Below are positions 49,469 to 61,750 of a DNA stretch of 64,000 bases, piece by piece. Every line of letters begins with the position of its first letter. The stretch's first letter is position 1. Under the pieces are notes generated by a model that saw only the letters and a list, made by a program, of their open reading frames with translations, was not told the DNA's origin and searched no databases. Position numbers and translations under genes: made by a program. The stretch is taken from NCBI GenBank assembly GCA_036172245.1, contig JAYWIR010000047.1, positions 124,001 to 188,000 on the forward strand. The letters run 5' to 3'. Source of the stretch: Raillietiella orientalis. Lineage: Eukaryota.

Positions 49469-50946
49469 ATGGTGGCTGCAAAGAATTTACCCGCGGTTCC
49501 AGAAACCATTTTGAAAAGAAGAAAAAGAACTATAGAGAACAGAAAGAAACGATTGATCGCGTTAGCTCAAGTATGTTGATCTTCACTAAAATTCACTATT
49601 CCAGAGTACCGCATTTGTATGTAGTTTACAAACATGGAAGATTAGTTTTGTGCACAGTATTTGAAAGTAACTTTTGGTATGGTAGAACATGCATTGTGAG
49701 ACTCGTAATGATTTGTATGGCATGATATGCTTTTGAGTGTTTGGTATTGTTACTCAGTTCATGAAATGCGTTGTGCTGTCTTCCAAAAAATTGGTGTACC
49801 CAGCTTGCTTACCGATGATGTAATTTTTCTGCAGTCAAGGAAGAAAAGAAAGTGGAAGAGGCACGAAATCTTTAAACGAGCCGAGCAGTACGTAAAAGAG
49901 TACAGAACTAAAGAAAGAGATTTGATCCGGCTGAAAAGACAGGCTAAACAGCATGGACATTTCTATGTTCCTGATGAGCCAAAACTTGCTTTTGTAATTC
50001 GTATTCGTGGGTAGGCTGCAACGTAAAGATGCTTAATTTTACTAACCTTGTTTCAAGAATTAATGGAGTTCATCCCAAGATAAGAAAGGTACTTCAGCTG
50101 TTCCGTTTGAGGCAAATTAATAATGGCATATTTATGAAACTTAACAAGGTTTGTTTGGCTTGATTCTTTTGGGGGCCTCTAGTGTTTGGGCAGTGAATCA
50201 CTTGTAAGATTTGACAATGCACAAGAGGCAGAGTAATATCAGATTTAATCTCAACAATTTAGTATTTGTTGATTCATGCTCTGATAACAATAGGCATCCA
50301 TCAATATGCTGCGCATAGCAGAACCATACATTGCATGGGGCTACCCAAGTTTAAAAACAGTTAGACAGCTCATTTACAAACGTGGTTTTGCCAAAATTAA
50401 TCACCAGCGAATTCCAATTCATCGGAATGAAGTAATAGAAAAAAAATTAGGTAAGCATTTCTTTTGCTGTATGCACAGACTTTATAACTAATTGTGCATT
50501 TTCCAGGAAAATTCAACATAATATGTATTGAAGATTTGATTCACACCATCTACACTGTGGGAAAGCATTTTCGACATGCCAATAATTTTCTGTGGCCATT
50601 TAAGGTAGGTCGGAATTTCTTGCTCTCTGACATTTTGGAGGGAAAGCTTTTGCCATCTTTTTCCAAGATATCCAAAGCAAGGTCTGAGGTCTATCCTGCA
50701 AGCTAGTTTTCGTTTTTACAGTATTAATTGGTACATGTTTGAAACAACTCGCGTTTTTGACCTGCAGATAAGCTTCACACTTTTTTTTTTTTTTTTTTTT
50801 AATCCGTTGTTTTATTTGTTCATTTTTTTCCGTAGTTAAACACACCTACTGGTGGATGGAGGAAGAAAACGAACCATTTTGTAGAAGGAGGAGATTTTGG
50901 CAACCGGGAAAATTTCATCAATGAACTTTTGCATCGGATGATTTGA
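49469..50946 (+). CDS. RPL7: 60S ribosomal protein L7 (uL30), 6 coding exons, 244 aa
   Basis: Exons 49469-49570, 49835-50010, 50058-50148, 50294-50450, 50507-50604 and 50836-50946 (735 nt, all GT-AG). Motifs [50 protein letters not shown] and [18 protein letters not shown] at 50966-71; likely 5' UTR intron 49337-49467. Confidence 0.97.
50173..50292 (+). ncRNA. Intronic box H/ACA snoRNA (predicted 28S rRNA pseudouridylation guide)
   Basis: Hairpin 1 GCCTCTAGTG...CACAAGAGGC (50175-50229); H box AGAGTA (50230-35); hairpin 2 with TATCAGA/TCTGATA lower and TCAACAA/TTGTTGA upper stems; ACA at 50287-89, 14 nt from the pocket top. The pocket strands TTCATGC and TTAATC complement GCAUGAA-UG-GAUUAA of large-subunit rRNA. 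Confidence 0.88.
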
Positions 50947-53900
50947 AATGTTATTGATCGCACTTAATAAATATCAGATCAAATTTGCTTCCTTCAGTTT
51001 TGCAATTCAGTAATGATGTTTATTTGCTTTTTTTTTTTTTTTCTTCTTTTTTTATGGCATGCAAGTTATTTGTTGACTCAAAAAGTGAAACAAGGCTTGA
51101 TATAAATTCTTATTCCAACAAAAAAAGATGTCGACTTATTGATGCAGACTGACCAAATCTGATATATCAGGTGGTCAAAACGTGATTTTCGGGAAATGAG
51201 GATATCAGTCATTAATGTTTATGTGAGATAGCAAGGTTGCCAACTTTTATGTATGTGGAACATACAGATCTGAAAAAGCACCGAAAAAATCCAGTTTGTT
51301 GTGCAGTGTTATTGATGTTAAAAATATGAATTTGTTTCTGTGCACACAAAGCCAATTCTCAGTACATGCTTTCATTTTTTATCTTCCTTTTTTTCCATGC
51401 TGTTGACTGATACTCATAGGGACATGTCACATTCAGGATGCACATGTTCCGTTTTATTTTTCTCCAAGCACCTTTGTTCTGAGTTCATTCTCAGAAATGT
51501 GTGGTACCTAGCTACCAAACCCTTTTTTGGAAATGTATTTGTGACATTTCATAATCATACTTTGGTTGTAAATCTATCTGTTGATTATTTGCTGTAGGGA
51601 TCCATCCCATGTTCCACACCATTATTGTAAGCCATTCCATACTGATAGACTAGATGGAAATTAGACTCCTTGTTGATTAACAATAGGCGATTTTCGTAAT
51701 AACTAGATTTCCTTAGAGATGGATTCTTGGTGTATTCCAAAGGCAAGTATTGAACAAGAAAGCAGAAACTTCCTTGTCAGCATAATTTCAGTTGCTCAAG
51801 ATTCATTCTCTGCATTCTTTATGCCTTCTTGCCTTGTTCATCAAAAATATCGATGTTATACTGAGATGTATAGCATCTCATTATTGATTTGTCCAGTGTA
51901 CCTCTTGGGATAGTTATAAGGTTTTCTTTCCAGCAAAAAGCAATTGAGAGGTTTTGCTGCACACTTGAATCCCTCAGTAGAAAAAATTTTGAGGGGTTGC
52001 TCAGCTGTGTTTATTTTCTGTCTGAAGAAGTTTTGTTTTCTATTGAGGTGTTAGTTCACTTGGAAGATTTTGGTGTTTACATTTCCAGAGACCTTACTGG
52101 AGTGGAGGAAAGTTGAAACAAGATGGATGTGCTTGTTCTGGGTACAATGTTAGAAGTTTTTGATGTACCTTTATATGGTGCGATGCTGAATGAATTCCTC
52201 TTCCCTGGGACTCTAGAGCCACACAATCCTTGAAAATATCCTATTACAACCATGTAACTTGGTCTGCGCGCTTTTCACTTTTAGTATGCTGCATCTGTGA
52301 AATAAGGGCAAGCCATGGATCCGAGATCAACAAAGGAAGCCTGAAAGAGGAGGGCAAGACAAAGTGTAATCTTCCAACATCCAACCACCGTCCCTTTCTT
52401 CGTTGGATTGATGTCTCCCTTCGAAGGACTGCAGTAATTTCCATCCTTCCAGTGGTCCGCACTGCATAGTGGGCTACAGAATGAACGACGCATGCAATAC
52501 TAGACTGGAGTCTGGAATATTTTTTTTTATTCATCTTGAGGAACTAAAGGCTGACGGGGGTGTGCATGACTATGTAGTGCAGGAGCCAAACAAGAACCTG
52601 TGAGCACATCCCAGTCGTCTCAGGAGAAGGAAGACAAGATAGCAACGGGATCGCAACCCCCGGTTACGATGCTCGTTGAAAGAGACCAACAACGTACATG
52701 GACCATTCCTGGACGTCCCTGTAATGAATGAATAGCCTCCCTGTTTTGTTCTTCCCTTCTCTCACATCCTGTGATTTAGATATCAAGCAGAATAAATACT
52801 ACTCTTTATTTCATCTACTTTGACGATATGACTTCTCGCACAAAATATTACCATTTTGATCCCCAGGGACTCTACAAAGAGTTGATGTAACAGTTGTGAT
52901 AGAATATTTTCTACCTGGTCTTACAGTATGTGAAGCCGAGATTTGATAAGAATAAAGCCAAGCTCGGAAACCCTTTGCTTTCTAAAAACAATGGTCTCAA
53001 ATGTTCATTCATCAAACTGAAATGTTCATTACACAAATTAATTGTTAAGAGCAAGGAGCAAAAAGATGAGAATAACTGACTTGTTTTTCTGCGAGAGGGA
53101 AGCGCTGTATCCTCAACGCTGACCAAGAGATTGTAGCCAAGAGAAATTCTTAAGGAAATATTTTCGGAGATTTTGCTCGTATTTGGGAAATCTCTAGCGT
53201 CATATCAGATGAGTTGCTGATTTGTAAAGAAAGTTTTCTACTCATTTTTGGCCAATGAACAAGTCTCAGGCATTCCATGAAGCAGTGCAGCTACGTCGAA
53301 ATAATGCAATGTTTCGGTGATCATCAACTTTTGATTTTGCTGCAAACAAATTATCTACAAAGAAAGGATAATTTCCAAGAAGGTATAGCAAACCGATTAT
53401 GTGTGGAAGCAAAAATTATGTCTTTTTGCTGAATATATGCATTCGCTTTTATTGTTCGTATAGCAGGGGCTCAAAATGGCTGCAAATGATCCTCAATGCC
53501 GTTTTTTGGAAACTGGAAAGATGGAAGCCCATCACTCTGCGGAGGCTCCATTCTCTTGTTGAAATCAAAATCATGGGAGGCCAGTTTTCAACTAATGCTT
53601 TTTAGATTGCATTTTATTCACTTCTATTGGAGAAAAGACAGCTGCATCTAATTTTATGTGCGAAGCATTCAGAAACATAATTTTCATGAGTTCATTTTAC
53701 GAACCATAGCATTGGTTTATTTTTAAAGGCATAGGTTATCTTTGCAACCGTGAAGATCTGTCACTTCGAAAAATTATCCTCTTTCCACACAGAAATCGAA
53801 AAAAAAAAAAAAAGCATTCTTTTTCAATCAAGTTTGGGCAGAGATTCGTTCTTGTACTTTACCTACTGAAGTCAAAGAAATTGTTTTCTTGAAAAGATTC

Positions 53901-56532
53901 AAGTGGATTTTCATTTCACATTCTGAAAAATGAAAACTTCATTGTATGATGAAGGCATTTCTTTATGAAATGAAGTACAATAAAATATGAGAGCTAGAAA
54001 CACTCAAAAGTTTCTCTTGCACACTTGGACTTTGCTTTGATTATCAAAATTTTGGATGAGTCTTCTACTCCTAAAAATGGAACTTTGCCTACAGATTTTA
54101 ACATGAAATAGAACTTTAGCTCTGTGCTTCTTCTATCTGTATTAGCACAAAAAATAATCCATAATGGGAATCTCCAGAAGATGGGTACAAAAATGCATTG
54201 CAATCTTTTTACGTAAAGTCAACTAATAGACAAATCATGCACGCAGTGTTCCAAACTTCATCAAATATGCCTTTGAGGTGTTTCTTCCATTTGTCGAAAG
54301 CGCAGCATTGGATGGGAAGTTACTGTGGATTCCTTGTTAATAGTTTATTAATAAATACGAGTTTAGTATTGGTGTTTTGCTTCTTGAATGAATTTGTATG
54401 AATTTATAGCTTTCAAATTACTACCTTCGGTCTCATCCATGCTTCTTTGGGAGAAAAGCTAGTTCGTTAGTAAATATTTCATTTTATTCATCAGTTATAA
54501 ATAAGTGAAGATATGTTTGATTCTGTTCCATGTATGAAACTCATCTATCAATCTGGTATCCGAAATTGCTTAAGTACTTGCAATAAAAACCCCATATTAA
54601 ATATTTGTGAATGTATATGCGAAAAATATGTTTTTATTCCTTTCATTATTCGTTATCACATCAAGTTGCCCTTTATACAAGAGACAGCACTTTTGGTTAT
54701 CATTACGTCGTTGCCAGGCTTTCACGAATCTTACAAACTTCTCCCATTTCAGGTAGCGAAAGCTGGCCGGAGTTTCTGGAGATAAGTCAGAGTTTGGGAG
54801 AACCAGAACACTGCTCTGGCATACAGAACTTGCATGATAGTCAAAAAAGTATATGCGTCTTGTTTGGAAATTTTGTGCAGAAATGGTTGCATTAAGTCTG
54901 GACAAAATTGATAAGCTTGTTTTGAGTATCGCTATAAAACATGTTGCCATTGAATTATCGTTAGTTGCATACTCGGATTCCGTTTACACAACCGATCAGA
55001 ATCATTATCTGCTTTGTAGAAACAAATATCTAAAAATAATCAAACGAAGAATTTCTTCTTGGACCTTTCTTTGATCTCAGACTGTTCGAAAGATTACTGA
55101 AACCAAGCAGCTAAGATGATGATGATGATCTCAACAAAAATAAGGCAGGTCTGCTTTCTATATTTGGCTGAAATAAAGGAGATCGAGCGAAACAACTTTA
55201 CACCTAACTGGAAAATCGGAAAAACCACTCTCATATTTATCCGTGCATTTGTAATGTTGGAAATAATCAAATGTAAGGTCCGATAAGATAAAAAGAAAAT
55301 ATTCACACTTTCGACTTGGGCACATTTCAAATCTAAAATATATGTAAGTTTATAATTTATTCTCGTGCAAGAGGCATGCTGTTGAATAGGAAATTCATAT
55401 CTTCTGAATAATACAAGTTCGGCCACGCTCATATTTGTCTTCATAACAGTGAATTGGATGTGAAGATGCCTCAATGGAATTAAAATGACGCCAATCTTTT
55501 GAAGTTCGGAGATATTCTAAATACACGGCTTGTTTGCACAATACCTTTACTTGCATTTATCGATTTTGGCATTAAGTGCTTTTGCTTTGCTTTCCTCTTG
55601 TTAAATGATATGCTGACCGTTTTCGAATCTTATTTTTCTGTCAGATTTTGCAACCTTACAGAAGAATGTCTTTAGTTGTGTAGCTTGATGTTTTCATGTC
55701 CTCAAATTTCATGATTTTCAGGCACTGTTCCAGATTCCATCCTTTCAAATGAATCAGTACAGATGATAACCTGTTCTTATGAAACAGGAAAAAAAAAAGA
55801 TGTCCTGCAAAGACAAGTCCACACAAAATGCTTTTTAAATGAAACACAGTATGGGAGTAATCCTATGGTTGCTATTTTCGATGCAATATAGTCATAAAAT
55901 GCAAAATTATATTCCCTAAAGGATTTGGAAAAATAACTGTTTCAGAAAGATTAGTTTGATCTTGTTGAGGTACACATTCTTTGGGTCGCATGCTGTGAAG
56001 CACTTCTTTCCATCGTACACAGAACTTCTGTTATATCTCTAATTCTTGCTAATCCATTCCTGTTTTGTTTTGAGAAGTGATGATATATTCTATCGATGAT
56101 GATATCCACAGATTGCCACTTTATAGGAAGTTCCATGTTAAATTGCAAACCTAATAACTCCAATTGTGTATTTATCGTGACACGTGTCCTGAAGCAAACA
56201 TGTTGAACGTGAGTGGGACATAATTGAGATGTGCAGATGATGTTCATATGAATAGAATGAGGAGGCAAAACGGATTACGAAGAGCGGATTAATTGCCAGT
56301 TAATTAATTGCCATTAAATCAGTGCCACTTCCCACTGTCCTGCAGCAGGCGCCTCATTTCTGTGGGCTTCGTAGCAGTCGGGGAAAGTGCAACAGTGAAT
56401 GTGTAAAACAGCGTGTGGAACAGACTTCTGTGTCCGCAGGGTATTTGTTCGGCAGGTGGAACAATGTGTAGGGGTTAACTTTGTGCTTTTGATGATTACT
56501 GCATTTTATCGTATTCCAAGAGGATTTCAAAC

Positions 56533-57879
56533 ATGTCTGCTGAAATAAATCCTTCCAGTATACCGACCAGAGAAGTATTTACTATTGCCGATATGGCAAA
56601 ATGGGAGAAATCGGAGGCATACAAGGTGTGTTCCTTTTAGAATGTCTCATTCAGTTCATAAAAGTTAAAGATCAGGGAAAAGGGGCTTTTCATTCACAGG
56701 GTCTTCCTTATTAATTCGAAAAATTAATAAATTCGGATGAGTTTAACTACTTAAAAAAGGTCTATATTGCCTTGAGCGCTGTTTTCATGGTGCTGCAGCC
56801 CGCGAACTGTGGCCCAAGTACTGTCCCTACATTTGAGGATGTTTATGTATATTTGTTTAGGAGTATACTTCCTTCATTCTTGCCTTGAACGCTGCTGTTA
56901 AGGGAAAACCAACGACTGCCACTTGTCTGCCCAATGTTCATATTCAGAACTTAGTACATGTACTTGATACTTTGCATAATTTAGTGAATGAAATACCTCC
57001 CATTGAACAACCACAGCGATTTGGGAATAAAGCATTTCATACTTGGTACAAAGCATGTAGAGAGGTAAAACTCGAAAATTTTACTCTTATTAAGTATCTA
57101 TTAGAAATCAGGGAGCTTGTTACAGAGTGCACTTCCGGAACAATTCCATTTTGCAATTCCAGAATTATCATCATACTTAACTGAAAGTTTTGGTAATGCT
57201 ACTCGTATCGATTATGGCACTGGACATGAAATGTCTTTTGCCATGTTTCTGTGCTGCCTTTTCCAGATTGGTTTGCTAAAAAGTGAGGACAGATTGGCAA
57301 CTGTATGTCAGTTGTTTCAAAGGTTGACAACAAACTATATTTTGCCAATATCTAGTTTCTATTCTATTCTGTACACAGATATTTGCAACTGGTACGAAGT
57401 CTACAGCTTGTTTATAGAATGGAGCCAGCTGGAAGTCATGGAGCTTGGAGTCTAGATGACTATCAGTTTCTTCCTTTCCTCTGGGGCAGCAGCCAGTTGA
57501 TTGGTGAGATATCCATTCATGTACATGTAGCACCCACAATGAATGTAGGGCATCCCAAATTGGAACCCAAAATGTTCCCAGATGAAGCCATAGCTAGAAG
57601 ATATGCTTCAGATTTCATGTTCTTAGAATGCATAAAGTTTATCTTTGAAGTGAAAACAGGTCCATTTGCTGAACATTCTAATCAACTTTGGAACATCAGT
57701 GGAGTTGCTACATGGGAAAAAGTAAATCAAGGACTCATCAAAATGTATAAAAAGGAAGTAAGTTCAATAACTGCAGTGACATCATTTAGGGGATTAAGGT
57801 TTTAGGTAAGTTTCCTGTCATTCAACACACATTGTTTGGTTCCATTCTGAGAATCAATCCAAGCACTGCACAAGTATGA
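56533..57879 (+). CDS. PTPA: Serine/threonine-protein phosphatase 2A activator (PTPA/PPP2R4), 6 coding exons, 309 aa
   Basis: Exons 56533-56625, 56861-57064, 57105-57322, 57379-57503, 57549-57757 and 57799-57879 (930 nt). Motifs QPQRFGNKAF, SFGNATRIDYGTGHE, MEPAGSHGAWSLDDYQFLPFLWGSSQL, KTGPFAEHS and KFPVIQH. AATAAA at 58043-48. Confidence 0.95.
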
Positions 57880-58934
57880 ACTTATTGTGATCCCTAATTT
57901 GGCTTATATGACTGCTTCATATTTTGTAACGAAGTTAACAAAGGTGTTTTGTTGAAATCTCATTTTTTATTGTTTTTTTTTTTGTGGTCCTTGTGAGTAT
58001 TCAGAGTATAGTATGAGAGAAAAACTTGTTATGGAAATTTTTAATAAAGAACTAAAATTGTAATGTCTATCAAAAAACGTTTTTCCACTGAACTGTTAAA
58101 TCTATTCTATAAAGTTCGACAATAAATATCATGTACGAGTATTTGCAGATTTTTATTCTTATTATTTACTGTGCCTGAGTACTTGTATTGGAGATGGAAA
58201 AGTGTATGTCATTAAAGTATGAGCTATTTTCATTCATAAGTCTTGATAGCAATTGTCAAATGGGTAAAAAAACTACCCAGAAAATGGAAAATCAAGAATG
58301 GCAAAGGCATCTAATGCATCTATTAAGCATCCTTTTAAAAATATTTTTGCATGTTTAATATATAGAATCAAAAAAAAAAAAAAAAAAAAAAACATGGTCT
58401 AAATAACATTCTCAGAGGGCATTTGCAAGGTAATATACTTTGTTAAAGATCAAGTTCCCAATTTAATGTTTTGTTGGAAAAATTGATGGAAGAGAAATAA
58501 AAGTCCGCGTTTGTTATGGAAATCTACGTAGGTGCGCGGAATCGTTATGGAGAAACAAAAGCGAGGTGGATGTGAGGTAGTGAGAAACGAACTGAAAAAT
58601 ATCCTTCAAAGTCTGGCTGACACCCCCAAACAATTATCTGAAACTGAATTGGAAATTCATTAATGTTGTTTTTGTTGGAATCAGGTGCAAAATTATTGAA
58701 TTAGAGTTCTCAGTTTAAGGATTTAAATTGTTCCCGTCCGTAGTGAATCTTTCCAGATTTGCAAAACTAAGAAAAAGTGTGGAAACGAATGGGAAAGCAT
58801 ACTAGGGAAAGACTAATTACAAAACTCAGAGAAGTAAGGTTTAAACTCTCGAATAGAAAAGAAATCAGAATCACTGAAAAATCTGCAGTTGAGACGTTTG
58901 AAAGAAACCTGAAAGGATCAATTTTATAATATCA

Positions 58935-61750
58935 AAACGAGCTACCCTGACGCCAGAGGCGGCTGCCTTTCGAGTGGCGTCCCTTCCGCTGTGACCGAGG
59001 CTCCATCACGGAGCGGCGGACCGCGACGACGGCGCGGATGCAGCATCTCGGCGCCTGCCGTGGGTCCGCCTCGCGTGAGGAATCTCCGCGGCAGGTACAG
59101 AGCGGCATCCTCCGGGTGGAGGAGCGACCATGCGAAGGCATCTCCACCACACGTCCTGCCGGGCACTGCAATCCAACGAGAGGTGCGGGAACGATTCGAT
59201 CGTCCCGGACCTCAAACAGTTCCAGGTGCCTGCGCTGGTTGCACCGGAATCTCCAGTGCAGAAACAGTAGAACCTCCTCTTTCCTACGTAGAGGTAGCAC
59301 TGTAGTGTCTACACATGGGGGAGGGACAAGTTCTTCGGGGGACGCAGCAAGCAGGTCACTCCACCGAACGAGCCCCTTCTCCCGAGAACGACGCGTGGCG
59401 GCGTCCACCAGCACGCTCGTCTTGCAGCCGTCGAGAAGTTTCTCGAATGCTGCCATTTTTCAGGACAACTCCCACCCCGCCGGCTGGCTGCTGTTTTCGT
59501 TTGCCCTGAGGGCAAACAACGCCGCTGCAAGGGCAAGGCAGCTATTTCTGATCGCTGCGTCCAGTCCTGCAGGATACCTCCTAGCCGTTTGCATGGGAGT
59601 TTCCGTAGCGTAGTGACAAGGGACGGACGAAGCAGAAGTTCCTATGAGCGCAATTCCAAAGTGGTGCCACCGTGGACTGCAGTGCCTCCTGCCCCCAGGC
59701 ATTCCAGTTTTGGAGGCTGCAGGAGATCCATGGGTGAATGGACTTGGTGGTGTCTTCATTGAAACGCAAGCCTCGCTCCTGAAAAGCTGCATCATGTGCC
59801 TTCTCTTCGAATTCCCTCTGCATCCAAACTGCAGAATGATTTCTTTTTTGTAGTCTCCAGATTTTGATGGGCTGTTCCACAAGAGCTGCTGACGATAACC
59901 TTCGAAGCTTTCGAGATTTTCGCGTTACTTTCCTTGAATATCAGAAAAATCCCTCGGGACATTCATTTTTTCCTGCTTTCCTCTTCCTTACGGACCGACA
60001 TCGTATCGCTTCAGCAAGCATTCCCTTGATGTTTCCCTTGTTCTCTTCATACCTCACTGCCATGTTGCGTGTTAATAACGATGTAGATTGCACACTTCGT
60101 GATGTTCCAGTTTTCCTTATCTCTTTCGGAAATGCTCTGTCGCAAACACTCAACTTTTTACTCCTCTCATGTTGACATAATGCAAGCAACGCTTTCTTTC
60201 GCTGGTTCTTCCTTAAATTTCCCGTCCTCATCCCCAAACTCACCATAGGATGATCTCATGAAAACGTGCTTTCATTCCAGAATTGCGGATCCCTCATGAG
60301 ACGTCCGTTACTAAAAAGTGAGTATCGGGGTATTCGGAAGGAATCCAATGGACTCCCAAAACCTCCGTCAGGAAGTTGCACACCTGGCCTGCCCGTGGCG
60401 TCAGATTTTCACTTTTCCTGTTTGTACCCATGTCACCCTGCCCCTAATCATGGCAATACCATAGGATTGGTGCCTCCCAGCCATTATTTCATGCGATCCG
60501 CATCCCTTCAGTTGTATGCCGATAGACACTGAGCAGGAACGGGTGAGGCTCCTCTCTCCAGGATCCGACACTTCCGCCTTTTCGCAAATGGAAGGCTTTT
60601 ACGCACTAGAAACAAGACTGCCCTGCTGATCCTACGATTTCTTTTTTTAAGAGACTGCCTGATGAAGAAAAGCGGCCCTTGTGATTTGTGTTGCAATGCA
60701 TTGCATCCGATTTTGGTGCAGCCTACGAGCTTCCCCTAACATCATGCGGTTTGTGGTTCAGGAGAATTCGATATCCTTTCCGCGTACTTTCATCCTTGGA
60801 TCCAATTGCATATACGACCGTCGGATATATGACTCTGGGTTTTCTGTTTCCTTGGCTTGCAGCTACCAGGAAAATGCATTTTTATTCTAAACGCTTTCTC
60901 CTTTTCCAGGGACCTGCTGTTCCTTAAGAAGTTCTTTGGATCACTTCGTCGGTTCGACCCTGCTTCTAGTAGCGTCCCTTGATTTTGTTCATCTGGTTTT
61001 CTCCTTTTCAGTCCAGAACGAATCTCTTAAGGTATTTTCGCACACTTGGCCTTACGGGATCAATATGTCACTCTTCATTTGTATTCTCGTGCCACTGGTC
61101 CCTAAGATGTCCACCCGGCGGAAGTGGATCCGCGGGCACCTGGCTCGGAGTCGGCACTCCCGGTTCCTGGAAATGCGCAAGCACGCCAATTGATCTTCCT
61201 GGTTCCATTCTGCCCGCACTGTGGGCAGGTGTGGCTGGATCCAGAGTCGAAGTGGACCGAAGTCACCAGCGGCGTCCAACTGGCACTCATCCAGAGACTG
61301 GTGCGGGACTGTGTTGGCCCTGGTGACCCCAAGCAGCTGCCGGTGAGCGTCGCGCTGGCCGAGCACTCTCAGTCCTTGGTGGAGCTCATGCGTGCCGGAG
61401 ACGGCGGCGTTGGCGATGGAGAAAGCTGCTGCGGAACGGCGGCCGTCAGCAGCTCCGAATCGCCCGCCAGCATGCGTTCCAGCGCAGGAGGCGGCTCTCA
61501 CCATCCTGAGAGCGCCCCACCCTCTCGGAAGACCGGCTCGAAGACCAGGATGGTCAAGTTCTTCCGCAGGTTGCTGCTCTGCGTTGCTCCTCGGCGTCAC
61601 CAACGGACAGCCGTTGCTGAATAAAGACCGAGCTCCTCGGTTTCCTTCATGTGGAACGCGTTCCACATGAAGGTCTGAGGCTGCAGATTTGGTCGGTTTG
61701 GCGGGGCGCGTAGCGACGCGAGACCTTGCGTGCGGGGCTTCTCGTCGCAC
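58935..61750 (-). mobile_element. Degenerate L1-like element (ORF1 knuckle remnant through to ORF2 3' end, internally decayed)
   Basis: VHFDSGSSHTCPQCGQNG near 61200-61255 (ORF1-like). The ORF2 end TIESFPHLSLDC near 59165-59200 is homologous to 44620-44960. It may be two separate fragments. Confidence 0.5.

Noticed and set aside
50676..50775. Intronic RNase P RNA (GCAAGGTCTGAG resembles the CR-I motif)
   Set aside because: No CR-V partner (TCAGAC-type P4 strand) in the intron, and the intron is only 231 nt.
52570..52855. Solo LTR (TG start, AATAAA, CA end)
   Set aside because: No matching terminal inverted repeat, TSD, primer-binding site or second copy could be identified.
51300..56270. 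Additional gene or Helitron remnant between RPL7 and PTPA
   Set aside because: Only short ORFs with frequent stops; the WPEFL resemblance to Helitron Rep near 54765 is too weak on its own.
56626..56860. Intronic telomerase RNA
   Set aside because: No template complementary to TTAGG, TTAGGC or TTAGGG repeats was found in this or the RPL7 introns.
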